Assembly (NCBI GenBank): GCA_020891255.1
Contig: BQFW01000013.1
Span: forward strand, 124,001 to 188,000
Direction of reading: 5' to 3'
Origin: Entomortierella parvispora E1425
Lineage: Eukaryota > Fungi > Mortierellomycota
Length of the DNA stretch: 64,000 nt
Position 1 is the first letter of the stretch. Each line of letters starts with the position of its first letter. Positions 1-12,069 of the stretch are shown piece after piece. The notes under the pieces were generated by a model. That model did no database searches. It worked only from the letters and a program-made list of their open reading frames with translations, and had not been told where the DNA came from. The translations under genes and the position numbers were made by a program.

Positions 1-3000
1 CGACTCGGAGTCGGGTGATGGACGGGGGGTTGATTCTTGTGAATGGAAGAGGACGACGTTTGTTCCTGTGAGCCGTCATTGGGAGCCGTTGAGGACGTTC
101 CGTCCACGACACCCTCGCCTCCAACTTTGATGTTCTTGTTGTACGCGACCAAGCCACGGAGCATATTACCCAATCCTGCCATCGCTCCTGGTTTTACCAC
201 CTTCTTGGATTCCTCGGTCGCACTGTTGCTGTGAGTGTGATCTCCAGCAGAAGAGGAGGAAGGGAGAGGTTCAGTTCCCAGAAAATCATGCTTGATGTTC
301 ACATTCGGGGTCGGCGGTGTGAACGTCATGGCGGGCGACTCTAGCATACGGGCTCCTTGCATGCTTGCCTTTGACAATGTTGGCGGCGCAGAGACAGACG
401 ATGATGACGATACTGAGAGAGAAGTAGTAGATGGAGGATGAATAGAGCCTCCTTGATGATCCAGAGACGGTCCTCTCATATTGTGACCATTGACATGATC
501 TCTTGACTCAGACACCCCAAACGTTTCTCTTCCTCCCTCGCGCCAGTTAGAATCTGAACCGCCCGCCAATCGAGAAGGAGGAGCAGGGGCGGTCGTACCA
601 TTAGCCGCAATAGCAGTAGAGGCGCCATACTTGCGATCCAAAGTCGGCGACGGTATGGGCGCCGCCGCAAGCGGGTGGGCGCCACCGGGCTGTCGCGCTT
701 TTGATCCACTTCTGCTCTTGGAGGAATGACCGCCCTCGTTCCAGTGGCCATCTGAGCGTTGCCATCCCATAAAATCACTCTCTGTGCCACTAACGGGTCT
801 AGGTGAAGCACCGCCCGCGTTACTGACTGATCGGCGCTCATGCCAGTGAGGCGGATGATAGACGTTGTCTCCTTTAGCACCTCCTCCAGAACCATCCTTC
901 CCTTCCTGTAGTCTGTCCGTGAGTCGACTCTTCATTGGGGAAGTAGCCGTGGCGGCAGCAATGTCTGCTGGGGGTTCCAACGGGTGAATCAATTTAAATC
1001 CTGATGACCGATTCTGACGATCGTTTGAGTTGCCACCATTGCCGCCAGCCTGAGACCTCGTCTTTGGGATCATTGGTGTCGCCGGTGTTGAAGTAGAGCC
1101 AGTTGTTTGTCGCCAAGGCTGGTTCGTGGCATCCAAGCCCCGTAGGTCCACAAGACTTTTGTTTCGTTGTCCTGATAATTTAGAAATACCAGAAGCAGCG
1201 CCTGCCACAGGCATCATGGCAGCACTTCCAGAGTTGGTTTTGGCGTGTGTTCTCAACTGACTGTGCTCATACTTAGGTCCGTCTCTCGGAGTGTTGTCCT
1301 TCAGAGTGGGTTTGGCAGAGTCTGTATGGTTGGGCGGATTGTGTTGCTGAGACCAGGAGGGTCCATTGTCAAACACACTGCCAGATCGGCTCTGGTGACG
1401 CGATCTAGGCGCTCCTGCGTTACCAAAACCGCCACCACGCGCATTAGGGGGTGCTGGTGGAAGTGCAGAAGATCCAGTATTGGCAGGATATCGACCACGG
1501 CCCTGACGGTAACGTGGCGGTCGGAATTTGTTCTCTGCACGCGGTGGCAGTCCTCCAGGTCCGTCGTCTCTATCATCCATGCGGGTCCGAGCCCTTCCAG
1601 AGCCCGCCCGATAGCCATCTCCTCTATACCGGTCTGTGGACCCTTTGCGGACCTCTGAAATGTCGTCGGGGGTCCAGCTGCTTCCACGAGCATGATCGCC
1701 TCTCCAATTGTCCTTGCGGACTCCACTTGCATACGCCGCAGGATTAGATTCGGTAGATCGGAGGGGGCTGGGTCCAGCCCATCCACCTTGAAGTGATCGC
1801 TTGGGGATCACATAGATGCCTTGCTTATTGTTGGAACCCGATGGAAGATCCTTCGCCAAACCCAGATTCTTACTCTCGGGTTTGATAAACGGATTCGAAA
1901 TGGGCTGACCAGACTTTGAAGTGGGTGATTCCAAAGCGTGTGAGGTATCCGCGGTCGCAGGTTGGAGATTGGGTGCATTTGTCTTGAGTGGTGGAAAGAC
2001 AAAAGGCGCTGCTTTGACTTCCTGCAAGTTCCGAACTGGTTTTCCTGTCCGGTTATTGATAACTGGGCGACTCTTCGGGAAATCTGACTTTGCCTGGATG
2101 GCCGCATCCAAATGGCTCGTCGACGGAAGTGACGAAGCAATTGCATGTCCACCCGTGGTTCCTGCATTGGCCTCGTGAGTCCTGGATGCATCCGGTTCAA
2201 TAAATACCAGGGTATTGATATCCTGCAATTCGACGCTCGGAGAGCTTCTTCCGGGAGACTTTCGCGGTGAGATCCTCCCAGGTGAAGCACGTCCGGTTTG
2301 GATGCCATCCTGGAATGAGCGCTGACCATTAGAGTCCAGGTCGAGCCTCAGTTGAGGCAAAATATGACGCTTCTCGCTGTTGAAAGTAAGGTGCGAGACA
2401 GTGGGCGTCGATGGAGTCTGACGTCCTGATGTTGAATTGGATTCAGGCAATGGGTCGATAAAATCGTCAGGGAGAGCCATGGCCAAGCCAGCTGAATCGT
2501 CATCGTCATCGTGTCCATGCGTCTGGGTATCCTCCTCTTCTGACTCCTCAAATAAAATAGGTGCAGAAAAATCCATCTCTGCATCCTCAGTGCCCTCTAT
2601 ATCAATCGCATTCGACCAAGACTCCTGACGTAACCGAGTCGGTTGGTAAAACGAGGAGGCGTCAAACTTTGGCACGGAGGAAGACATAAATACGTTCGGA
2701 CTCCTTATTTGGGGTGCTTCGTGGTAGGTCGCATACTGTGGTGCCTTGTACCCAGGAACAGTGGACGGAGTCTTGAGAGAGGAAGACTGGATGGCAATGG
2801 GAACAACCTGGTTATCGTCTTCCTCGCCTTCCTCCTCTTCAGGCTCACCACCCATAGTTTCCTGGCGATCATAGCCCTCTTCAAACAGCGCCAGAAATTT
2901 CCGATCCTCCTGTGTTGTTTCGTATTCACCCTCATCATCATCCTCGTCATCTGAGAGCGGCTCAATCTGACCTAGCATCCTGTCCACAAAATCGTTCATC

Positions 3001-4333
3001 CACTCTTTCCATTCCTTGAGTCGCGGTCGATTGTGTTTTCTCGTCTTGATGTTGCCAAACGCTGCAAAAGAAAACGCTCTCAAGCCGAGCCATCTAGCCA
3101 CAGGACCCGGCATGTCCTCGAATCGTCTTTGCAAAAAGTCCACTCTTCCACGAAGAAATTCTGAAAATGCAAACGACTCCAGCGGACATGGATCTGACCA
3201 AGGACAGCGATGGTAAAGCAAGTTGATCAGAATGATACCAAGGGACCAAAGGTCTGCAAGCTGAACATCATAATACGGGTCTAATCCATTTCGGCATTCT
3301 ATTGCACCATGCACACGGGCCGCAATGGTAAAAAAAAAGAGAGAGAGTGAGAGTTAACGTTGGCTCCTTAAATTTTGCTCAAAAATAAGCATGGACGCGC
3401 CTTGTGTGGTGCAGATTCTTACCGAAACTCATGTACGGTTTGCTTCCACACTCAAACTCATCGCTTTCAAGGTCGGTGGTGGCCAAACCAAAATCCGTAA
3501 TCTTCACGGTATATTGCCCGTCCACAAACTCGATTAAAAAGTTTTCTGGCTTAAGGTCACGATGAGCCACGCCACATTGGTGCACTTGGTCGACTCCTTC
3601 GAGAACCTGATCAAAGACGGTCTTGATGACCTCGTAGCGCGTGGTCAGGGTATAGGGTTCTCCAGTGACGGGGTCAGAGTTGTCGGATCGCATGCTAATC
3701 CACTGATACATGTCCATGCCCGACGAATACTCCAAAAGCAGGAAAAGGTGATTGGTCGTCTCAAACATGTTTAACAAGTGGATGATGTTGCGGTGCGGTG
3801 GTAGTGACGTGTGGATAACGACCTAATGGTCCATCGTTTCAAAAGACTGGTGTTAATATCGCAGTGCTGCCTGCCTGTGAAGCATTGACGACGTTAGGTC
3901 GAATCCCGTGATCATGTTTCGGGTCCCATGGGCTATATAATTGTTGTGTCTCCAATCCAAAAAAGCGTGTCGTGTTCCAAGCTATCATGGCGGCCTTTAC
4001 CTCGTTTCGTTGGATGGCAACCTCTTCCTCGGTCAGCTTATCCTTGCCCAGACACTTGAGCGCGTACAGGGTACCAGAGGCCAGTTCCTTGGCGAGGTAG
4101 ACGACGGCATAAGATCCAGCTCCCAACGCAGAAATAAGGGTCAGACTCAGTCCTGTTTGAGGGTCGGCCACAATGGTCTGGATAGGGAAGGGGAGCGGCA
4201 CATCCTCTGCCTCAGCAAAGTAATCATCCGGTACAGGGTCGCTCTCGTGCAATACCGCAGGGTGCAGCTGACTGGGTGTCGGAGGCAGTGACCGCGAGAG
4301 GTTGCTCAGTGGCTGTTGCTGTTGACTGTACAT
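1..4333 (-). CDS. Ser/Thr protein kinase, Ran1/Pat1/Sks1/Ksp1-like, with a very long low-complexity C-terminal tail; 3' end lies outside the window
   Basis: Exons approx. 4333-4001, 3822-3423 and 3298-<1, GT-AG introns. Motifs: LGAGSYAVVYLAKE, YALKCL, HRDLKPENFL, KITDFGLAT, CGSKPYMSFECRNG, ADLWSLGIIL. The last exon stays open to base 1 (read by hand; absent from the ORF track). First ATG is 4333; the track start at 4366 is GTG. Confidence 0.9.
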
Positions 4334-4949
4334 GGTGTGTCTGTGTGTGGGTTGAATGCTAGGCACAGTGAAGGGCTGGTGCGACAGTGAAGCATGTTAG
4401 CAGAGAGTAAAGACAGAGAGAAGGGCGAGTCAGGGGAGTTACGCGATGGAATGAATACCTTTCAAAGTGAATCGTCAAGAAGAGCGACGAACAGAAGGAA
4501 AAAGAGCGCTGCAAGTGGAAAGCTGGAATAAAGTAAAGAGATGAATGGACTAAGATGACATTGGCCGTGGCGATGAGCAAGGGGAGGGGGGGCTAGTTGG
4601 GAGAAAGAAAGGAGGGCGAGCAGGGCAGGATAGGATAGGATAAGGCAGGGCAAGACAGGACAGGGCAGGGCAGGGCGGGGACATGTGCTACATTCAGCGC
4701 GAATGAATGTGGTGGAAAGGACGGACGTGGTCAAGGAGTCCAAGAAGGAGGAAAGAGCGTAGAAAAGGGGTGTGCTGTTTGCCTGGGTGAGGATCACGTG
4801 CAAGTGGAGCTAGTTTATATTTTTTTATTTTTTATTCTCAAAATAAAAATGTGGGATAAAAGTACAGGGGGTGAGAGAGTGTGTGCGTGCGCGTGTGTGT
4901 GTGTGTGTGAGAGAGAAAAGAAACAAAGCAAATGCAAATGGGTGTAGTT

Positions 4950-4980
4950 GTGGTGGTGGTGGTGGTGGTGGTGGTGGTGG

Positions 4981-5015
<35 letters not shown>

Positions 5016-5016
5016 G
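4950..5016. repeat. Compound trinucleotide microsatellite (GGT)n(GTT)n
   Basis: Directly visible, about 40 nt past the RPO41 stop codon. It explains the poly-V, poly-Q and poly-T spurious ORFs here. Confidence 0.95.
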
Positions 5017-5054
5017 AATCATATATAAAAAAAAAAGAAGGGGGATATAACCTC

Positions 5055-8000
5055 TTACGAGAAGAAGTAGTCCGACTCGGCCACCCTGCGAACATCAAAG
5101 TCGCCGCGGTCGGGCAGCGGGGGGAACGAGATGGGGTCCCAAGAGTGGAAAAGCTTGTTCACAGCCTTGCGCTTGCTGCCCTTGCCCCGGAGTGCCTTGC
5201 CCAGGGCCTTGGCCTCCGCCTGCAACTCGGCCTCATCCTCTTCAATCACCACGCTCGAAAGATCGTGCTCATCGTCGTCCTCGTCGCCAAAGTGGAACAC
5301 GTTGGCATCATTCTTGACCTTGGCGGGGTTGATAAAAGGCTCATCCTTGGGTGCAGCTGGATCAGCAACAAATCCGTCCTCTGCAGCAGCAGCAGCAGCA
5401 GCGGCAGCGGCAGCCCTGGACTTGGGGCTTTCCAATTTGGCGTTCTTGCGGCGAAGGCGCTCATCATCCCAAGCAATCATACCCTCACGGACGGGTTCTC
5501 CAGGGTTAGCAACCACAAGGGTCACTGGGTACACATAGTCCTTGTAGCGCTCCATAAACTCGCGCTCAAGGTTCTTCATAATGTTGTTACTGTGGAGGGC
5601 AATAAACTGGTCACGCAAGACCTCGTTCATGATCTCAACATCGCAGGCGTGTGTCCAGTAAGAGTCGTGAACAGAGGCAAAAGTCAATCCTGCCTCGACA
5701 CATCCTGTTGCAGACATCAACATGTGGGTGGCGTCCAAAGAGTGAATAAAGTTGGGTGGGAAGGCTGTCCTTTGCTTCTGAACGTTCACAGGGCTGGCCT
5801 GCGAAGGATCCTTGATCGTCAAGGACTGCAAGTTGGTGCGAACCTGTTGTAGAAGCAAAGTTGGTATTGTCAGTATGTTGTAATGGAGTTTTTGATGGCT
5901 GGCTATTGTGAATTTCCAGAAGAAGAAAAAAACATACCTGCTTGTGCTCCATCTTGCGGTAGGGCTGAACAATGGGCAAGTTCAATGGCGTGGTCCAGAT
6001 AACACTTGTCATTTGCTGATCAGCAATAGCCTGCTTGGAAGTCTTCTTCTTTCGCTTGTTGTTGACAAGGCTTTCCTGAATTTCATCCGTCTCAGGATCA
6101 ACGACGCTCCTAGGAACACTCTTGGCAATTCTACGAGCACTCTCGGCCAACCAATCCTGAATGGCACGAGCACCTGTGAACATCTCACCGATAGAAGCGA
6201 AGACCTGCTGCGTCAGGTAAGTACTGAGCTGCTTGACCTTGTCCTCGGGAATGCCGGCTGTCTCCTTCAGCCTGTTCTCGATCTGTGCACGAGCACCGAC
6301 AAATGTCACTCCGTATACATTCGTCATGACAGTCTGCTTGACAATCTTTCGGGTGACCTTTCCGACTAAAATCTGGGCACTCTCGACACCCTCAGCAGCC
6401 TGGGTTTCCAACATACTCTCTACAGCCTTGGCCACTCCAGAGTACACATCCTGAGGGGCATCAGAGGGCACCAAGTTGACCTGACGGGCACCGGCAATAT
6501 CTCCTCCCAAAGCAGCGTAATGCTGAAGTCCGTTACAGGTTCCATCCTGATGGACGGGCATCCTGCTCATAAAGGTTTCAGGGTCACCACTGCGAATGGC
6601 ATCAGCGACCTCAATACAAGTGGCCAAACATTGCCATGGGTCTTCAGCCTTGAGCCACCAGCGTCTTCCTTCCATGGGCTTGTCAGCACTGTCCAAGATA
6701 TCTTCCAAGTGGTCCATGGTAAACTGGGCACGAGCCGAGAGCGAGTGCTTGTCGAATCCAGCCAAGTTGGCCAAGTGAATCTTGAGCCATGTAAATCCCT
6801 TAGCACCCAAAGGCTTAGCCTCGCCAAACAAAAGGAGACCACGGCACAAATCGTTTCCAAGATGGTTGAACAATGGAGGAATGGGATAGGCACGTCCTCT
6901 GAAGTCCAAGTTGTGGGGGAAGTACATTGGGTCATCAGCAAACTAAGGTAAATAGGAATAGAAAGAATTAGTATAAAGTCCACAACACTCCAACGACCTA
7001 CACCATATTTTCAATTGCACTCAATTCAACTTACTGCACGAGCGATTTCGACCTTGTAATTCACATCACAACGCAGACTGTGATGGTTCTTTGCATCCAA
7101 CTTAATCCTTCTATTTTCAGCAATCCATTTGGCCTTGGCCTTGGTGCTTGTTTCAAAATCGTCGGGTTTGGGAAGGTCCTCAATATCAGCGGCGGCAGCA
7201 GGAATCTTTGCAAACGCCTTGCCAGAGTTCCATGCCTCCAAAACTGTGCCCAAGACTTTCTTGTTGACGGCCCATCGGGTCCTGCCCAGCACATCCAGAC
7301 CATTGTAGACTCGGAAAAGCAATCCTTCCTCGTGAGCCTTCCTGAGATAGTCAAGCTGCTGAGGACAATGACGGATACGCATGATGGTTGACTGGGCATT
7401 GAGATATCCTCCATTGTCGTAGGTTAACCATGGGCGAGGGTGGACAACCATGGGCAAAAGACGAGGGTGAATGATTTCACTGACGGGTTCTCTTGAGAGG
7501 ATTTCCGTGATGTGGTTGTGGACCTTGATGACACCGATGCGCTGTCCCTTGGAGTACTGGTATGCATGGTAAAAGGCAGGGATTTCCTCAACAATGTCTT
7601 TGCCGGTTTCCGGGTCAAAGGACGGAATTTGAACTTTAGCACAGTCCATCAAAAGCGTGGTCAAGACTGAGCCCACTTTGGCTCGTGTGCTCTCTGGCCA
7701 GACTGGGGTCCAATCCGTTGGGTGCATAGACTCGGTTCTCTTGGTGGCTGCCTTTCGCACCGCCATGTTGAAAAGTCGTCCGTTTCCATAAAGCTCGTGG
7801 ACGTTATATCGCTGGTCGAACTGAGATGACAAAAAGGCAAATCGTTAGTTTCTAGATTCAGTGCCCCTCCTCATATTGTGCATCATTTTCATCATCACTT
7901 ACCAAAGCCCTGTTCGACTTTTTGGTCATCTGCTCTGCGTTGTACTCGGACTCGATGGCTTTTCCAATACTGATCAATGCACGGGCAGACTTCATACCCT

Positions 8001-9344
8001 CAACGATGCCGCCGTTGTTGCTGAGTCTCAGCAACTCGAGAATGGTAATCACGGAAAGCTTATCGGGAGAAAGCATCTTCAAGAAGGGTCCGTAGATCAG
8101 GCGATCCTTGTCCAACTGAGCATCTTTGGAGGTCGATTTCTTTTCCAAAACGTTCTCAACACGTCTGAGCTCCACCTTGATGCTCGCCTTCAGGGCTTGG
8201 TGCCACTTCCAGAGATAGGATTTCAAAGGTCGTGTGTTGACTTGATCGGGCATGGTGGTCCTGTCATGCTCCAGTTTGTCCAGAGCCGATTGATAGGAGC
8301 GTTCTTCGAGCTGCAGCTGTCGCTCGTATTCGGAAAGATCCTTCATCGCCAGAGCGTCCAAGGTGCTACGCATGAGCTGGACACCCACGACAGTCTCATT
8401 GTTTTTGTTCTGGACTGGGTTCACCTCTGCGAACTCGGACACCTTTCTTACAGATTCCGGCACTGGTGCGAGGGCAGGCAAGCGAGCCGCAGCTGGATTC
8501 ATCATGTTGACCACACTGTTGAGCTTGGTCACGTCCTCGGCCTGCAAATCTGGGCACTCACGAAGTTCGTCAACAGTGAATCCTGCCTTTTGCATCTCCA
8601 TCACCATGACCTTGGCCGTGTGCATGCTGTCCATTCTACAACATCATTCATCAACAAGACCAGCGTTAATAAAATAATGTCACGCGAGTTCATACCATTA
8701 TTAACGGTCGTTGATCATCCGTTGCAATTTAGTTGCATTCACCTTGTGAATCCTTTGATCAAGATCGCAAAACTGGTCAAATCCGGCTTGACTTCATATT
8801 TTGAAAGGGACTCGAACCACTTTAAGGCCTCTTTGGTTCTAGGACTGGGCTGGGCGTTCATGTATGCCTCCAGAAAACTGTTGTGCATCCGGATATCGCC
8901 GAGGACCAACATATCCTCGGGGTTGCTCTTGTACAGCTGCTGGAGAATACGTCTAGCACGCTCCATCTCTCCAGTGGAGAGACAAGCATACATGACAGCC
9001 ATTTGCTCAGGCAGCTGATGTTCTGCAAACTTTCCTGCTTCTCTGGGTTCGCTCGGCCTCATCTCTGGAAGTCGAACGATCTGAATAGGTTCCAGGATGG
9101 ATGCCTTTGGGGAATACGAGTGAAGGCCAAAGTCGGCCCCTGTCCTAGGAGCGGCTGCATGGCTTGGATGAGACGATGCCAGTGAGCTTTCCTCAACTGC
9201 TACCGTGGACTGAAAGCGAGAGCGAGGACGGAGAGTTGTGCGGACCAGGGACAGAGCCGAGTGTTGTGAAGTTGGGCAGCGGAAGGAGGCAAGTCTTGCC
9301 GTCGCAGCTCTGTTGCCTCTGAGGGTAGAAGCAACAGACAGCAT
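5055..9344 (-). CDS. RPO41: Mitochondrial DNA-directed RNA polymerase (single-subunit, T7-like)
   Basis: Exons approx. 9344-8743, 8637-7903, 7820-7035, 6942-5938 and 5842-5055. Motifs: [68 protein letters not shown], terminal YFFS. Arg/Ser-rich presequence-like N-terminus and a PPR-like N-terminal segment. Confidence 0.98.
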
Positions 9345-10783
9345 TGTAAACAGTGTTGGTTCGGTAGGAAGGTACAGCCGGGAGAGTCGAAGAGCAGGCG
9401 GAAAGAGAGGAACTCAAGTGCCGGGCGCTATGTTGACAAAAGAGAATGAACAGAGAATGAGATGTTTGATCTGCGGGAGGTGATTGATGCTATCAGGCAC
9501 TGGGTATGCAATGGAAGGGGATAAACCGGCAAGGGGAGGGAGACTCACTCTGTAGTCCTGTCGTCAATGACCGATTGAAGAGGAGAAGGCGGGTGAAAAG
9601 GGGAAGGGAGGAAGGGAGGAAGGGAGGGAGGAATCAATGAATGGACGGAAGGAATGCGGAGGAGTTGGAGGAGGAAGAAGGTCGTCTGAGGAGATAGCAC
9701 ACTGTGTGCTTTCTCTCCCTCGCACATGCGGTGACTGCCACCTTTTTTTTTTTTTTTGCCAAAAAAATCCAGGGGGGAAATGGTGACTGCCATTCGGTGG
9801 CTGAGGTCCTGGAAGGAAACAAAAGATTTGGTGGCAACCGCGACGACTCGTGTGGAGGATTATTGTGGCCACTTGTGGATCCCCCGCCTCTGTACTTGGC
9901 TGCGTCGCAAGACCTTGTTTCGTTTCCTCAGTAGCTTTGTCCGCTCTTTACCGTCAACAACTTGCATGCCTTTATCATTTGATCACAGTTTGGTCGTGAA
10001 CTGCCTGCGTATCTCTCAGGGATGACGAGCAATTGGATAAAGTCGATGATCATGTAGCCTCGAACGAAAGATTTGATCGACCTAGGGGTGGCCCATGTAA
10101 GAGAGTGAGGTGCAGGTACGTGTATCAGTCGATTCTATGTTATATTGACCAAAGTTGTCAAGAGCTGTTCCTAAATCTTGGGACAAGGGCGGGGGCCAAG
10201 AGAGAAGGCAATGGGGTGAAGAGGGCCTTGCCAATTACTCTTAGAAACAAAGGTGGGAAGAAGAGTCCAGGGGCCGAGGATTGCCCCTAGATACTGTAGG
10301 CTCCCAATTGTAGTAGTCAGCAAGATTGTCTGCAGGAGGAAAGGGGCGAAGTTCAGCGCCAGATAAGATCGACTTTTGTGCCTCGGACATGATCGGTGGG
10401 GTCAGAGGTGGAGTCGGTGCAATCGAAAGTGGGACTGTAGTGGAGCAGGAGATACGTAAAAAAAAAGTCAAGACATTGGCAGCTGTCTGAGTTTCCGAGC
10501 GTTTTGTCCACCAAAAAAACTCGAGAGAAAAATAAGCGTTTGGCCTTCAAGGTGATGGCAAATTAATTTTCCTTGCCGACAGTGACTTGTTGGGTTCGAT
10601 TGCAGCAGCAAAAAGGAAATCTCATTTGTCAGTGAAGGGGGAGATCAGAGCAAAAAAAGGCACTCTTGTTTCCATGGCATCATTCCGCCCTGGCCTTGTC
10701 CCCTTGTCCCTCCAAAGTGCTTCTTCTGCTGTGCAATTGGACCAGCCATTGATCGGCTCACCCTTCCACAGCCGTGGCCTGGC

Positions 10784-10790
10784 TATAAAA
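10784..10790 (+). promoter_or_regulatory. Putative TATA box of the thioesterase gene
   Basis: TATAAAA followed by a CT-rich leader, about 150 nt upstream of ATG 10936. Confidence 0.5.
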
Positions 10791-10935
10791 AGAGCCGCCC
10801 ATTATTCGTTTCTTTCATTCCTCATTCATTCCTTCAGTAACACTTTCCTCCCTCTCCCCTCTCTCATTCATTCGAGTTTAGCCATCCTCCACCCACATCT
10901 CCTATTTTTAACTTTTATACATATACATTCTACTC

Positions 10936-11762
10936 ATGCCAGCCATGCCCGCTACCGCCATTATTGTCGAGGAAACCGCTGTCCTCAAGCCCATTGCCAC
11001 CTCTATCGAGGCACCTGCTTCTACTGTTACAGCCCCTGCCATCTCTGAACTTGAGCAAAGACTTCAGGACGAGCTCGAAACTTTGGAAATCGTTGCCTCT
11101 CACAACGCTGATACCGAGGGCTGGACTCGTCGTAAGGCCTACTCTTTGGTCACGGATGAATACCGCGTCCACCACTTGACTGCCGGCACACTCCGTGGTG
11201 ACAACAAGCTGGGCGTCTCCCCTGCACTCTTCCAGTCCAAGGATGAGCACCAGGTCATGTCTGTCTTGCATGTCGGTCAGGGCTTGTGCGGTCATCGTGG
11301 TATTGTTCACGGTGGTCTTCTCGCCACTGTCCTCGAGTAAGTGCCCTTTTTTTTTCCCACCCTCTTTTCTTTTCATTCCATCTTTGTTCACTTTGGATTC
11401 TGACAAGCTGGTCTTTATCTCCACATCGTTCTTACTCCTCTTGCTTTTGCCCCAATAGTGAGATCACCGCCATGACAGCTATCCCCAACTTGCCTGGAAA
11501 GACTGGATTTACCGCCAACTTGAACATCAACTACCGTCATCCTTGTATCGCTGAACAGTTCATTGTCGCCCATTCGGAAATGACTTCGACCGAGGGCAGA
11601 AAGGCCTTTGTCAAGGCCACCCTCAAGGGACTCGACGGCACCTTGCTCGCCGATGCCACCGCCCTTTTCATCGCTCCCAAGATCCCCGTTGCCCAGATTG
11701 CTGAGCAATTGAACCATTCCCGGGCTTCCACCCCAAAGACTCCCGAGCAAGTCGAAGTTTAA
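10936..11762 (+). CDS. Hotdog-fold acyl-CoA thioesterase (PaaI/THEM4-like)
   Basis: Exons 10936-11336 and 11459-11762. Splicing restores GLCGHRGIVHGGLLATVLDE; also GFTANLNINYRHP and GRKAFVKATL. Confidence 0.9.
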
Positions 11763-12069
11763 GAGAGTGCTCACCATTTACCCCCCCTCCTCTTCACCGC
11801 CATATATATAGCTACTATACATCCAGCATAATGATCTCTCTTGTACAATAATACACACCTTTCCTGCCCCTATCAACGTCAACCATCTTGTTTTCAGATC
11901 CAACCCCATGACGGCCACTCTTGCGTGCAAAGTTTTGAGCGAGTATTGAATTTTTTTTTATTTTATCTTTCTGAGAAACTGTCCTTTTGCACTTTCAAAA
12001 CACGGGCCTTGATGTCCAAGCTCTGAGGACCCATGTAGGCCTCAAACACAAAAAAGCCAAGGATCCTCC

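Noticed and set aside
7861-9018. 385-aa plus-strand ORF
   Set aside because: Antisense shadow of RPO41 exons with no protein-like motifs. The same applies to 4932-5852, 31836-32843, 26847-27449 and 44424-45008.
5055-9344. T7-like RNA polymerase as a sign of a phage, virus or linear plasmid
   Set aside because: It has four spliceosomal introns, a mitochondrial presequence and housekeeping neighbours, so it is the ordinary nuclear RPO41.
9900-10500. Possible decayed gene in the RPO41-thioesterase divergent intergenic region
   Set aside because: Short ORFs with multiple stops and no recognisable motif.
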